64,000 nucleotides of DNA, from NCBI GenBank assembly GCA_000165345.1, contig CM000433.1, positions 1 through 64,000 on the forward strand. Reading direction: 5' to 3'. The position numbers and the translations under genes were made by a program. This document shows positions 31,436 to 45,033 of this stretch, piece after piece; position 1 is the first letter of the stretch, and each line of letters starts with the position of its first letter. The notes under the pieces are model-generated. The model did no database searches, was not told the origin of the DNA, and saw only the letters and a program-made list of their open reading frames with translations.

Positions 31436-34309
31436 ATGGCAAGTAGAAAAAGAGAAAGAGTGGAGTTAAAGAAGGACAACATTTCTTTGGGTGAAGGAGA
31501 AGATGATTTAGAGATTACACAGGTTAATAACTCAGGTGCAGAAGATATTGTTTGCAGTAACCATGAAGTTGAAAAATGTATTTCTGAGAGCGTATTAGTT
31601 TCATATAACTGTGAGAATTGTGTGAGAATGAGAAATAGAACAATGAACATTTTGAATGATTCTGAGAAGTCTCTAATGATTCAGACATTGTGGTCAAATT
31701 TAATTAATAATTTTACTTTTAAGTTCATTCCAAGACTTCTTTCCAAACCATATAGTTTGGAAGAAACAAATGAAAAATTTAAAAAAATAGTTGAAAGACT
31801 TATATTCATGAATGTTGAAAAGGAGACTAATAGGATAAATCTGACAAAGGATAAATTACTTGAAGAAGATCATCACAATAAGACTTATATTTTGCCATGT
31901 CTATATCCAGGAATATACTCGACAAATATTCCATGTTTGGCTCCAGTTGGTTCTGATCATACTGGACTAGTTCTGATTGATGAATTAAATAAACTTTTAC
32001 ATTCTAAAGAGCTGGTTTTATGCCAAAAGTTTATTGTTAGAAGTCACTTTCAGATTGGTAATATATATCAACGCGAGCTAAAGTCTTTAAATTGGGGAGT
32101 TAATGGGACAGTATATCGGACAGGAGAAGATGAAGATACTCCCAATTCTAATAATGAAGAAATACCAAATGCTCATTTCAATATAAAATATTCAAGCCCA
32201 GAACTCTATTTACCTTTATCTAATACTCCTTTGACATTCATTAAAGAACCTGGAGATTTAAGAAGAATGATAGATGATATTCTGAATTTAATGGAATCTC
32301 ACTATAGTCAAAGTAGTATGAATGAAGAAAGTAGTCCTTTTCTCCTTGCTATTGATGTTGAACACCATTCAAATCAAAGCTATAAAGGATTTGTTTCATT
32401 AATACAACTAAGCACAAGAACACATGATTACATCATTGATCCTTTTAATTTGTTCAATGAAATTCAAATGCTTAATGAACTAACAGCTAATCCAAAGATT
32501 CTGAAAGTTCTCCATGGATCAGATTACGATATAATCTGGTTGCAAAGGGATTTTTCTGTCTATATTGTAAATATGTTTGATACTGGACAAGCAGCTAGAA
32601 TTCTTAATACCCCTGGAGGATATTCTCTTAAGAATTTATTGAGTATATATTGCTCCCTAGATATTGATAAACGATTTCAATTAGCAGACTGGAGAGAAAG
32701 ACCTTTAAGTAATGAATTAATAGAGTATGCTAGAGGCGATACACACTATTTACTTTATATTTATGATATTATGAAGAACCTTTTGTTATTACATAGGCAT
32801 AAAAATACTGAACCTCCTGTACTGGCTTCAGATGCTTTTATGGAGGTAAAAGACAACTTAATAATACTTAAGCCAGACATCATAGAAAGGATGGACTTTG
32901 GTAGTTACCATAATTTTTTAATTGAAGGAGAAAATGGAAGTAAATTGGTAAAAGTCACAGATTTGGACCCATCAGCACTGTTAACTGTACTTCACAATAG
33001 TCGCCAGATCTGTCTAAAAGAATACTTTGAAAAGCCATTGGATGTTTGGAGTCTTTGCTATGGAGTTAGAACTAAGATATCCAAGTCAAGTTACAAAACT
33101 CCCATAGATAGTGCAATCGTTACGTTAGTAAGCTATTATTTGTTTATTTGGAGGGATTCTATCGCAAGACTTTTGGATGTTAGTCCTAGTTATGTTCTCA
33201 AAGAGTCAATGATAATAAAAATATGTCAAAAACAGCCAATGAATAGTGTAGAAATTCTTGGATTATATCCAAATATCCCAGTAAATATTAAAAAGCATTC
33301 TGATCATATTTTAAATATTGTTACAACAGTAAAAAATTTCATTACAACAAAATCTGAAGATGATATCTTTGACTTTAATTCCTATATTTCTCACATTTAC
33401 TCTAAAATTGCAAATTCCAGCAATAATGTCAGCAGTGTGAATAAATATATGGTAAACAAAAATTACAAAGTTATTTCTACGTATAACAGTAGTGATTCTG
33501 TTTGTTTAGAAGTAACAAGTGATTCTAATCAAAGCTCTTCAATAAAAGAAAATGAAGTCTCAAGTTCAGAAACACATTTGAATGACAATCAACCACATGA
33601 TACTCCCGCTATTAGTGGAGCCAGGAGGAGGTCTGTTACAATTAAAAAGAACTCTCCTGGCTTTAATGACAAACTTGCAGATAATCTTTTTGGTAACTCT
33701 TATAAAAGCTTTGGAAATGAGTTAAATTCAAGTAATTCACCCCTAAACACTACTGTTGGTAAAATTTCAAGCAGAATCATTCAGGATATTAATAATACTT
33801 TAAATGGAGAGGTACCAAGCGACTTTAGAAATAAAAAATTAAAAGAAATTAAAGAAAATAGTCCAGTACCAGTAAGCAATTCAGAAATTTCTGAAGAAAT
33901 AAATACTAAAAAAGAAATGACATTCGAGGAGTACTATTTAAAAAAAACTAAAGAAGAACTACTCGAAGATGAATGCTTTACTCCTTTAGTTTCAGTCAGG
34001 GATAAATATAATGAAAACGACGACTATCTTTACAAAAAACAGAAAACTTCAAAAAATAAAGCAGAAAATGACCAGGAATCTCAAGATACTAGTCAAAAAT
34101 CTTCAGCCAATATTGAAAAAGAGTATGATAACAATGCTCCTGATATTTCTGATATAATAAAAGAAAATGTTGACATTTTGCCCGCCAGTTTCGCATGCAA
34201 ATCTGATTTACCTGGTTTCATTAAAAATACTCAGAAAGAGGGGGTTGCAAATAAATCGAAAAAATATATTGAGTCAATGAAGACTAAAAAGTGGCACAAG
34301 AAGAGGTAG
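31436..34309 (+). CDS. Exosome 3'-5' exoribonuclease RRP6 / EXOSC10-like (DEDD-Y exonuclease plus HRDC region, 957 aa).
   Basis: The three DEDDy motifs are present in order: LLAIDVEHHS (Exo I), LHGSDYDIIWLQRDF (Exo II) and YARGDTHYLLYIYD (Exo III). The downstream region is consistent with HRDC. The C-terminus is basic, low-complexity and NLS-like. Confidence 0.8.
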   Translation: MASRKRERVELKKDNISLGEGEDDLEITQVNNSGAEDIVCSNHEVEKCISESVLVSYNCENCVRMRNRTMNILNDSEKSLMIQTLWSNLINNFTFKFIPRLLSKPYSLEETNEKFKKIVERLIFMNVEKETNRINLTKDKLLEEDHHNKTYILPCLYPGIYSTNIPCLAPVGSDHTGLVLIDELNKLLHSKELVLCQKFIVRSHFQIGNIYQRELKSLNWGVNGTVYRTGEDEDTPNSNNEEIPNAHFNIKYSSPELYLPLSNTPLTFIKEPGDLRRMIDDILNLMESHYSQSSMNEESSPFLLAIDVEHHSNQSYKGFVSLIQLSTRTHDYIIDPFNLFNEIQMLNELTANPKILKVLHGSDYDIIWLQRDFSVYIVNMFDTGQAARILNTPGGYSLKNLLSIYCSLDIDKRFQLADWRERPLSNELIEYARGDTHYLLYIYDIMKNLLLLHRHKNTEPPVLASDAFMEVKDNLIILKPDIIERMDFGSYHNFLIEGENGSKLVKVTDLDPSALLTVLHNSRQICLKEYFEKPLDVWSLCYGVRTKISKSSYKTPIDSAIVTLVSYYLFIWRDSIARLLDVSPSYVLKESMIIKICQKQPMNSVEILGLYPNIPVNIKKHSDHILNIVTTVKNFITTKSEDDIFDFNSYISHIYSKIANSSNNVSSVNKYMVNKNYKVISTYNSSDSVCLEVTSDSNQSSSIKENEVSSSETHLNDNQPHDTPAISGARRRSVTIKKNSPGFNDKLADNLFGNSYKSFGNELNSSNSPLNTTVGKISSRIIQDINNTLNGEVPSDFRNKKLKEIKENSPVPVSNSEISEEINTKKEMTFEEYYLKKTKEELLEDECFTPLVSVRDKYNENDDYLYKKQKTSKNKAENDQESQDTSQKSSANIEKEYDNNAPDISDIIKENVDILPASFACKSDLPGFIKNTQKEGVANKSKKYIESMKTKKWHKKR

Positions 34310-34632
34310 TTATTTCAAATAAACTTTTTGGAAATTTTTTACTTCTTCTAATCCATACTATTCTCAATACTTTTTTATTTATAATTATTAAACTTATTAT
34401 AATTTAGGCGCCAATTTCTATTTGTATTTGCAATTATAAATATTTTAAGTATTTCTAAACATTGTTTGTATTGAACTTAATAAGAACATTTAGGTGCAAT
34501 ACATAAAAGGAAATTCAGTTTGATAAAGAATAGAATAGTTACTCTAGGTTCTATTAGAATATATGTAAATATAAATATATTATAAATGCGAAGAATGTGG
34601 GATAAATATTGTAAATCAAGGAATTATTTCTT

Positions 34633-37035
<2,403 letters not shown>

Positions 37036-37274
37036 TTAGTTTTAATGAATTACTTTCTGCTTCCAAAAAATTTGCATACAAATATATCATAAATATGTTG
37101 GATTGTTATATAGAAGTACATACCATATATTACTTAATACCATATAGTAATGGTTGATACTATAAAATTATATTACTTTCACTATTGAATTATTATTTTT
37201 GTTATTCTTTTGCTTTTCGTTTGTTTTTTTTTCTAGTTTTATTTTTCCTTCTCACAGATTAATTTTTGGCCACA

Positions 37275-37282
37275 TTTGGCGG
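37275..37282. promoter_or_regulatory. TTTGGCGG (E2F-like half site) in the divergent CDC5 / TRM10 promoter spacer.
   Basis: It lies between the two divergently transcribed start codons (37026 and 37463). Confidence 0.3.
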
Positions 37283-37462
37283 TAAAAAAGGTAGAATAAT
37301 GAGTTACTGCTTGTATTATTAGACCAAGTATTAAATCTTAGAATATAAAAGAGAATATTGACTAATACTTTTTTTTTGAGAGAAACCAACAAGTGTAGAA
37401 AGAGTAACTATATTAAATTTTAAATAAATAATCAATTTATTGAAAGTTATTAATGCAGAATA

Positions 37463-38494
37463 ATGATATCAAATCCATTACTTGATTTAAATTTGTCTAA
37501 TAATGACATTAAAAAATCTGAAAGTAGCAATAAAAGACTGACAAAAAGTCAAAAAAAGATGATTGCTCGTGAAAATAGGAAATTGAAACTGAAATCACAG
37601 CGAGTTGAAGAGAGAAAAAGACAAAGAAGTCAGGCTTCATCTCAAAGAAAAGAATTTTTAAATTCTATGACTGAAGATGAAAGAAGATCTTATATATTAA
37701 GAGAACGCTTTATAGAAGAGCATAAAAGATTCTTTCTCTCAAAATTCTCTATTTCTCATTTCTCTGATTATAAATTTGAAAAAACAGGTAATCCTCATAT
37801 ATGTTTTAATTTTAGTTTTGAAAATAAAATGACTGAGAAGGAAATGAATTCTTTAATACGACAAATCTCTCTTGCTAATAGCTATATGATGAGGTCATTA
37901 AAGATAGTTGATACAGAAAATCCAGATTCAGACGCAATGAAAACATTGTTGGAGCTAGGCCCAAATTCAGAAACTTCAAAGTCGTACTATAATAGGTTCA
38001 ATTGGAAAGGTTGGGTAGATTTTCACATATCTTCAATTAAATTAAATGATACATTTCACCAAATCGGAATTGAAAAGTACTCTATGAATAAATGGTTCAT
38101 GAAATTACATGAAAAACCATTTTGGGAAGTATTTCCTTTAAGCCAAATCGTAGTTCTTTCTCCTGATTCATCCGAAGAACTTGAAGAATTTGAACCAGAT
38201 AAGGTTTATATTATTGGAGGGCTAGTTGATAGAACTGTTACCAAGTACGAATCTTTAAATCAAGCCTTGGAGAAGAAGTGCGTATGCAAAAAACTGCCTG
38301 TTAAATCATTAATTAGTGGAAGAGCTAATTGTATTCTAAATGTAAATACTGTAGTTGAAATATTAGTCAATAGATATCATCAAAACGATTGGAAGACTTC
38401 TATTTCACAAGCTATTCCTGTTAGAAAAGCTCAAAATCATAGCAGAAGAGCTGTAAAAAAACAAAAACTTTTAAATTCATCAACTAATTGTTAA
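37463..38494 (+). CDS. tRNA (guanine/adenine-9-N1)-methyltransferase TRM10 (SPOUT family, 343 aa).
   Basis: The N-terminus is basic and Lys/Arg-rich. The SPOUT core carries the TRM10-characteristic KVYIIGGLVDRTV motif (compare YVIGGLVD in TRMT10 proteins) and a downstream LPV motif. Confidence 0.7.
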   Translation: MISNPLLDLNLSNNDIKKSESSNKRLTKSQKKMIARENRKLKLKSQRVEERKRQRSQASSQRKEFLNSMTEDERRSYILRERFIEEHKRFFLSKFSISHFSDYKFEKTGNPHICFNFSFENKMTEKEMNSLIRQISLANSYMMRSLKIVDTENPDSDAMKTLLELGPNSETSKSYYNRFNWKGWVDFHISSIKLNDTFHQIGIEKYSMNKWFMKLHEKPFWEVFPLSQIVVLSPDSSEELEEFEPDKVYIIGGLVDRTVTKYESLNQALEKKCVCKKLPVKSLISGRANCILNVNTVVEILVNRYHQNDWKTSISQAIPVRKAQNHSRRAVKKQKLLNSSTNC

Positions 38495-39267
38495 ATATAT
38501 ATAGTTAAATCATAAATTAATCTATTTTTATAATATTTTATGTTCATATTTTTTTTTTTAAATATATTATCAAAATTATAATATTACTATTTATTATTAT
38601 TTACTATTTTTTCTTCGACTAATAATTTTATCCACATGAATCAAATAATTTAATAAATTTGCACACACAAAGAAATTAATACAATAACGATTTCAATTTA
38701 TTGTTATTGAAAGAAAACGATAAGCAGATGTTCCGTGTTAATTTTGGATTGAAGTAGGTTTCTATTTTATTGATAAACAATCTTTAATGCAGTAAATTAT
38801 ATTAATTATTTTTATTTATTAAATAAACAATGCATTTGACCATAGACAGGCGGGACGTACACTTGTAAATAATTTAATAAAAAAAAGGATCTTAAAGTAA
38901 AAACAAGACTAAATGGCATAATAACATAGATCATATAAAAAGCAAACAGAAGAAAATAAAGATTAAGTACTAATAAAACCAAGCTTGTTGAATATACTGA
39001 ATGAGATGTTTTTTTTTTGTAAATAAACAAGAGTTAAATTAGTTTTAAGCGAAAATTTAATACTTTAATTTACTTAAAAAGAGAAATAGATTATTTTAAA
39101 AAGTGGGTAAATCAAAATAAAGGATAAACAGGGAAAATTACTATATAATTGTTTATATGTATCATATTTCTAATAATTCAGAAAAATTACAGGAATTTGT
39201 TATTATATTTTATAGTAAAATTTAATATTAATTTGCTTTATTAGTGCTATCATATAAATAAAAAAGG

Positions 39268-42200
39268 ATGCTATGGGGTCATCAACAAGCATACAATGTT
39301 ATTGTGGAAGTATTGGAAGTTCAGAACTTAGTTTGGCCAATAGATATTGCTTTAACAGATAAGAAAACAAAGATTGATGCAAAGCTACCAAATCCAATAG
39401 TGGAGGTAACAATAAGGAATGAGACCTATCATACGGATTCTAAGGAAGCCACCTCATCATGCGCATTTAATCAGACATTTTACTTCCAAAATATGATGTT
39501 GGATTCATTGGAGTTTCAAAGATCAACTGTGGAAATTAGAGTTCTAAATCAAGGTTTTTTTAAACAAGAGTTAATAGGAATGTATACTGGCTCCTTTGAA
39601 AAGATATATAGTCTCCCAAATCATAGGTTACTTAAAACTTTGGTTCCAATAACAATACCTGAAAGGCCATCAATACCTTTAGGATATATTCGATTATCAA
39701 TTTATGTTTTAGGAGAAAATGATTTGGTAGCGCCAGAAGATTCTTTTGGATATAATGATGATGGTGTTGGCAATATATTAACAGTCTCTTCTCACTCAGT
39801 CCCTGCTCCTGAGTTAGCAATAACTTATTATCATTTAAATTTTAATGTCCACTTGGCGAGAGATGTATTGCTTCCAGATTATGCAGATTTATCACACCAA
39901 GAAGCAGATAGTTATCTACCAAGTCCATTTGTAAGAATTGTAGCTTTGGATAACGCTTTAGAAACAGAAATTATCAGATCAACTCCATCACCAGTATGGA
40001 ATGAAACTTTAAAGTTTCCTGTAGGGATTCCATGTCTAGATGATAGAATTGTTTTAGAGCTATGGGATGCTTATGGTGGAGGAGATGGCCCAAGACTAGT
40101 AGCTCAAACAAAGTTGAGTTTGCAAGATATCTTACAATCAGAGTTGGGTCCAACTTGGTTGCATTTCTATGGACAAACAACTGGATTGAGAGGTAGTGCA
40201 ATAGATATTAAAGCTGTGGCTTTAAATTCATTTAATTCTCAAGGTAATGGTGAGCAAAGCCAATTGAGAATTCTTCCAGTAACCATTCCGAACTCAGGAT
40301 TTGGAGTTTTAGGAATGTTTGATACAAAAAATGTAACAACATTTCCTTGTGTTGCATATTTAGGCCGCTTATTGGTTTCAGCAAGCCTTTCAAGAATACC
40401 AAATCCAACTCCCATTAAAACTTCAGCTCAACCTGTTGAGATTCCAAAAACGGATCCATATTTATTTTGGGCTGACATTTATGAAATTAGTGGATTAGGA
40501 CTCCCTTCTGAGGTATATATTGAATTAAGTGTGGGATCATGGACTTATTGGGTGATTCCCAACTTTCAAAAGAAAATCTCTGACTCATTTCCTTTATGTG
40601 ATAAGCTTGGAAGAGTTCCTGATCAGAGTTTTGCTTTGCCAGAAATAGATATGAGCTCAGATTTACTCATTCGAGTATATACAAAAGATGAATCGCATAG
40701 TAAACCTTTGTTTCATTCATATATTCGAATCTCTGCTAATGAAATGCTAAGATATTCTTCTGATAGACCAAGATGGTATCCATTATTATCTGCAGCCCAT
40801 TATGGTATTATGGTAGGACAAGATATACCTTATGATGAAGCTGCTGCTTTATCACATATTAAGCATTATGGAATGTTATTAGGATCTTTCATACTTCGAA
40901 AAAATGATCCAGAAAAACAATTTGAGTATTTTATTCCATCATTATCAAATATTCAAAGACCTCCAAGAATTAAATATAACTTATGTAGATGGATCTGCAG
41001 AGCATATATTTTTCAAGCTATAAGACTTCCTGTTGTTGAATCTACTTTACCAGATTCTTTAGTTATGGTTACTTTAGGAGGTGGTACAGTTTTAACAGAA
41101 ATTATCCCAAATACAGTAAATCCAGATTGGCATGAAGCTTTAGTTTTTGATGCAGCACTTCCTGATGATCTTTCTATTGCACAATGGTTAAATATTGCAA
41201 TTTTACATGAGGATATTGTTTTAGGTTCTGCTGCAATTTCTCCTTTATATATTGGATTCATGAAAAAGAGTAGACCAGAATGGTTTGTATTACAAACCCC
41301 GAGAACACCAGAATGTAAAGCAAGGATATTATGTGCATTTGAACTTGTTAAAATAGGTGATATGATGGGTAATGTCTTATTTTCTTCACTATCTAATCAG
41401 TTTGAGTTGAACAATATTGAAAATGATCCAAATTATGATTTAATTAATAATTTTAAGGCTTGGTCAATTCCAGATGTAACTCCAAAGTATGTTCCATGTG
41501 ATGTACATTTATTTCTAATTGGAATAAGATTAAGAAATCAAAATGATTCAAATAATTCAATATTTTCTATGTCATCTTCATCAAAACCAATAATACAATT
41601 TGAGTTTGGTAGAGATCCAGAAAAACCAGAAAATAGATTATGGGTACAACAAGCAACACAACCAATACATGGTGGTGATTCTGGGAATTATAATTATTTA
41701 AAAAGTTTATGTTTAAAATGTCATATACCAGCCTCTCCAATCTTTCAAACTTATATTGAAATAAGAATTCTTGAGCCAGCAAATGTATTTGGTACAAAAT
41801 GTAAAGAATTTGGAACAGCTTATTTACATTTAAATCATCATCTTCCATGGATTGAAGAATATCATCAAAGATCATTAAAAACAGAATTTCAATATTTACC
41901 TCCAAAATTAGTAAATAAGAAATGGTTAAGTAGTGGTCGAAAATTTTTAAGTAAATATTATAGAGGACCATGGAAATTATGGAAAAATAAGCCTAGAGAA
42001 ATATTATCTCCAAAAATAAGTATTAGAGGTGCTAATTCAGCATCATCAATTATAAAATCTTCTTCAAGATCATCATTAATATCACTACCTAGTGGTGAAA
42101 TTATTGAAAATGTTTCAATAAATGATGATAGTTTTGATTTTGATAATTTACGTAAAGAAATGGGTGATTTTAATGAAATTAATTCTAATAAAGGAATACA

Positions 42201-45033
42201 AAGAAATGGTGGAGGAGTTAATGATAATGATGATGAATTATATTGTACTCCAGAAGAATTAAATAATCGTAATCTTCAACAAAATAATAATGAAAAAAAA
42301 TATGATGATCAATTTGATGATTTTTTTGATGTATTTTATGATCAATCATCATCAGTATTAGCAGATACTGGTCAATTTACTAATAATAAAAATGGTTTAT
42401 TAGTTTCAGAAAATAATAAATTTGATTTAGGTATACCTAATGTATTACAGGATTTATTATTTGGTAATGATAATATAAATAAAAGTGAATCAAGTCAAAA
42501 TAATAATATTAACATTAATAATTTAAATCAATTAAAAGAATTAAAACCTTTTGATTTGATGAATACTGCTGAAATATTATCAAATTGTCTTCATATTGGA
42601 GAGGATGAATCATTTATTAATGATCCAACATTAAATATTCCAATACATGATTTAGAAGCATTAAATTCTTGTATTTCATCAATGGAGGCTTATATTAAAC
42701 CTTTGAAAAACAATCAAAAGAATATTAAAGATTATGAAGATTTAGAGAATATTAATCCATATTTAAATATGGCAAAAAGTATTAATTGGGGTGTAAAGTC
42801 TCAATTATATGATTATTCTAATACAAAAAGATTGTATGGTACAAATAAAGAACAATTGGATTTATTTTTTTCTTATGGATTAAGAAAGAGTTCAAGTAAT
42901 TATAATATGATGGCAGATATAGAAGAGAATATGGATTTTTTTGATAATAATAATAATAATATGAATGATGGATTATTATATGAACTTGATGATGATGAAA
43001 ATGATTATCAAGATGAATTGAATCATGATTATGAAACAGAATTAGATATGGATGAGCTACCTTATGATTCTGTTCCAATTATATCAGCAAATAGAACAGG
43101 TGAAGCAGAAGTTGTTGGATTTATTAAAGTATATTGTAAAATATTATCAAAGTTTTCTTTAAAAAATAAAAATAGTAAAAAATCAAATAATGAAGTTGAA
43201 GATGATAATAATAATAATAATAATAGAAATATTAAAAATAATTCTGAAAATGATAAAGTAAATATTCAAACACCAATACCAAAGTTATTACCATTATCTT
43301 CAAGGGAATTAAAAGAATATAATGAAAGAAGAACAAGTATACAACAATATCAACAGAAACAGATAGAATTAGGAGGAAATAAGAATATAATATCATTATT
43401 AAAAACTGATTCACAATATATAGATAATAATTCTTCAAGACTATCATCAATTTCAATGTCATCATCATCATCATCATCATCATCTCCTTCTTTTTTGACT
43501 AAATTACATAATAGAAGATTTTCATTATCATCTTTTGATGAAGGGGATAGTGTTGTTACATATAAAAGTAGAAATAATAGTATTAATGATGATAATAATA
43601 TTTATAATATAAATAATGGAAATGAAAATAATTATTATATAATGAATAATGATAATAGTTCAATAAGTTCAGTAATGAGTAATGATAGTTATATTTATGA
43701 TCCAATGTTGGAAAGATTAAAACATCAAATATTAGAAATTCCACGTTTTAAAGTACGTGTATATATATTAACAGGACATGGATTTGTTCCACCAAAACAA
43801 TACTCTAGAAATGCATTAATTTCATTAGGTGGAAATTCTGGTGGTAGTAATGAAGCTAATTGGTTTATTAATGTAAAAACAGGTTCAAATACAGTTAATA
43901 ATGCTTTAGATGGATTTGGTGATGGAGGAGGAGATATGCTAATATCAAAAGGAATGTTTGAAATTAATGATTCAGAAAGTATATCAAAAGGTTTTTCACC
44001 AGATTTCTATAAATCTTATGAGTTAGATGCAATTTTACCATTAAATGCTTTATTAACAATAACAGTATTTCATAAGAATAAAAATAATAATATAACAACA
44101 TTATATGGTAGAACATATATAGATATAGAAGATCGCTTCTTTCATCCAATATATCAAAAATTAATATTAAATTCAGAATCATTACAACCAATTGAAATAA
44201 GACAATTATATGGTGTTTTTGCAAATGATTCAAATTGTGGAAATAATTTAATACAAAATTCAGTAGGGAGTTTGAGATGTTGGATTCAGGTATTACCACC
44301 AGAAATAGCAATAATAAGACCAATATATCCATTAAATCCTCCAACAGTGGAAACATGTCAAGTTAGGGTTGTAATATATAGGTTAAAAAATATACCTATT
44401 TCAAAATTAGTCAATAATACAGGTATATTAGCATTTGGTGAACCATCAATATCGTTAATGGTAAAAGGATTAATGTCACCAAATAATAATACAATATTAG
44501 AGCAAGATACAGATACACATTGGAATAGTAGTGATGGTACAGCAATATTTAATTGGAGATTTGTATTTAATATACCAGTACCATGCCATTTTCCAATATT
44601 ACGTTTACAAGTATGGAATAGAGGATTATTAGTATTTGGAGATGCAATATCAGAATGTTCATTTGATTTATCAAGTTATTTAATGAGATCAAGAAAATTG
44701 AATAGTAAAGTAAATATTAGTAGAACTTTAATAAATATGTGTCATCCAGCTAGACCAAATGAAAAGAGAGGAGAGATGGAAATTGAGATATCAATATTAC
44801 CTTTATCATTAGCAGAATCATCACCAGTTGGAATAGGTAGAGAGGAGCCAAATAAAGATCCATATTTACCAGATGTAACAGATCATAGAAATTATATAAC
44901 AACAAGTGCATTTGGTAAAGGATTCTTTTCAGCTACTTCAAATGTGAAATGGGGAGCAAAGTTGATGACTTGGTTAATTACAGCAGTAGTAATAATAACA
45001 ATATTATCATTATTAATAAAACTATTTAAATAG
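39268..45033 (+). CDS. Ferlin-like tail-anchored multi-C2-domain protein (1921 aa).
   Basis: The C2-like beta-sandwich segments begin at the N-terminus (VIVEVLEVQNL ... IVEVTIRNETYHTD). Further C2-like segments occur (VRVYILTGHGFVPP; LRLQVWNRGLL). A single C-terminal transmembrane helix (LMTWLITAVVIITILSLLIKLFK) lies at the extreme C-terminus, which is the ferlin architecture. Large Asn/Ser/Asp-rich inserts interrupt the domains. Confidence 0.55.
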   Translation: MLWGHQQAYNVIVEVLEVQNLVWPIDIALTDKKTKIDAKLPNPIVEVTIRNETYHTDSKEATSSCAFNQTFYFQNMMLDSLEFQRSTVEIRVLNQGFFKQELIGMYTGSFEKIYSLPNHRLLKTLVPITIPERPSIPLGYIRLSIYVLGENDLVAPEDSFGYNDDGVGNILTVSSHSVPAPELAITYYHLNFNVHLARDVLLPDYADLSHQEADSYLPSPFVRIVALDNALETEIIRSTPSPVWNETLKFPVGIPCLDDRIVLELWDAYGGGDGPRLVAQTKLSLQDILQSELGPTWLHFYGQTTGLRGSAIDIKAVALNSFNSQGNGEQSQLRILPVTIPNSGFGVLGMFDTKNVTTFPCVAYLGRLLVSASLSRIPNPTPIKTSAQPVEIPKTDPYLFWADIYEISGLGLPSEVYIELSVGSWTYWVIPNFQKKISDSFPLCDKLGRVPDQSFALPEIDMSSDLLIRVYTKDESHSKPLFHSYIRISANEMLRYSSDRPRWYPLLSAAHYGIMVGQDIPYDEAAALSHIKHYGMLLGSFILRKNDPEKQFEYFIPSLSNIQRPPRIKYNLCRWICRAYIFQAIRLPVVESTLPDSLVMVTLGGGTVLTEIIPNTVNPDWHEALVFDAALPDDLSIAQWLNIAILHEDIVLGSAAISPLYIGFMKKSRPEWFVLQTPRTPECKARILCAFELVKIGDMMGNVLFSSLSNQFELNNIENDPNYDLINNFKAWSIPDVTPKYVPCDVHLFLIGIRLRNQNDSNNSIFSMSSSSKPIIQFEFGRDPEKPENRLWVQQATQPIHGGDSGNYNYLKSLCLKCHIPASPIFQTYIEIRILEPANVFGTKCKEFGTAYLHLNHHLPWIEEYHQRSLKTEFQYLPPKLVNKKWLSSGRKFLSKYYRGPWKLWKNKPREILSPKISIRGANSASSIIKSSSRSSLISLPSGEIIENVSINDDSFDFDNLRKEMGDFNEINSNKGIQRNGGGVNDNDDELYCTPEELNNRNLQQNNNEKKYDDQFDDFFDVFYDQSSSVLADTGQFTNNKNGLLVSENNKFDLGIPNVLQDLLFGNDNINKSESSQNNNININNLNQLKELKPFDLMNTAEILSNCLHIGEDESFINDPTLNIPIHDLEALNSCISSMEAYIKPLKNNQKNIKDYEDLENINPYLNMAKSINWGVKSQLYDYSNTKRLYGTNKEQLDLFFSYGLRKSSSNYNMMADIEENMDFFDNNNNNMNDGLLYELDDDENDYQDELNHDYETELDMDELPYDSVPIISANRTGEAEVVGFIKVYCKILSKFSLKNKNSKKSNNEVEDDNNNNNNRNIKNNSENDKVNIQTPIPKLLPLSSRELKEYNERRTSIQQYQQKQIELGGNKNIISLLKTDSQYIDNNSSRLSSISMSSSSSSSSSPSFLTKLHNRRFSLSSFDEGDSVVTYKSRNNSINDDNNIYNINNGNENNYYIMNNDNSSISSVMSNDSYIYDPMLERLKHQILEIPRFKVRVYILTGHGFVPPKQYSRNALISLGGNSGGSNEANWFINVKTGSNTVNNALDGFGDGGGDMLISKGMFEINDSESISKGFSPDFYKSYELDAILPLNALLTITVFHKNKNNNITTLYGRTYIDIEDRFFHPIYQKLILNSESLQPIEIRQLYGVFANDSNCGNNLIQNSVGSLRCWIQVLPPEIAIIRPIYPLNPPTVETCQVRVVIYRLKNIPISKLVNNTGILAFGEPSISLMVKGLMSPNNNTILEQDTDTHWNSSDGTAIFNWRFVFNIPVPCHFPILRLQVWNRGLLVFGDAISECSFDLSSYLMRSRKLNSKVNISRTLINMCHPARPNEKRGEMEIEISILPLSLAESSPVGIGREEPNKDPYLPDVTDHRNYITTSAFGKGFFSATSNVKWGAKLMTWLITAVVIITILSLLIKLFK

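Noticed and set aside
43232-43483. Poly-Met ORF (MMMMMMMM...) antisense to the ferlin-like gene.
   Set aside because: It is antisense of the (TCA)n poly-Ser tract, so it is an artefact.
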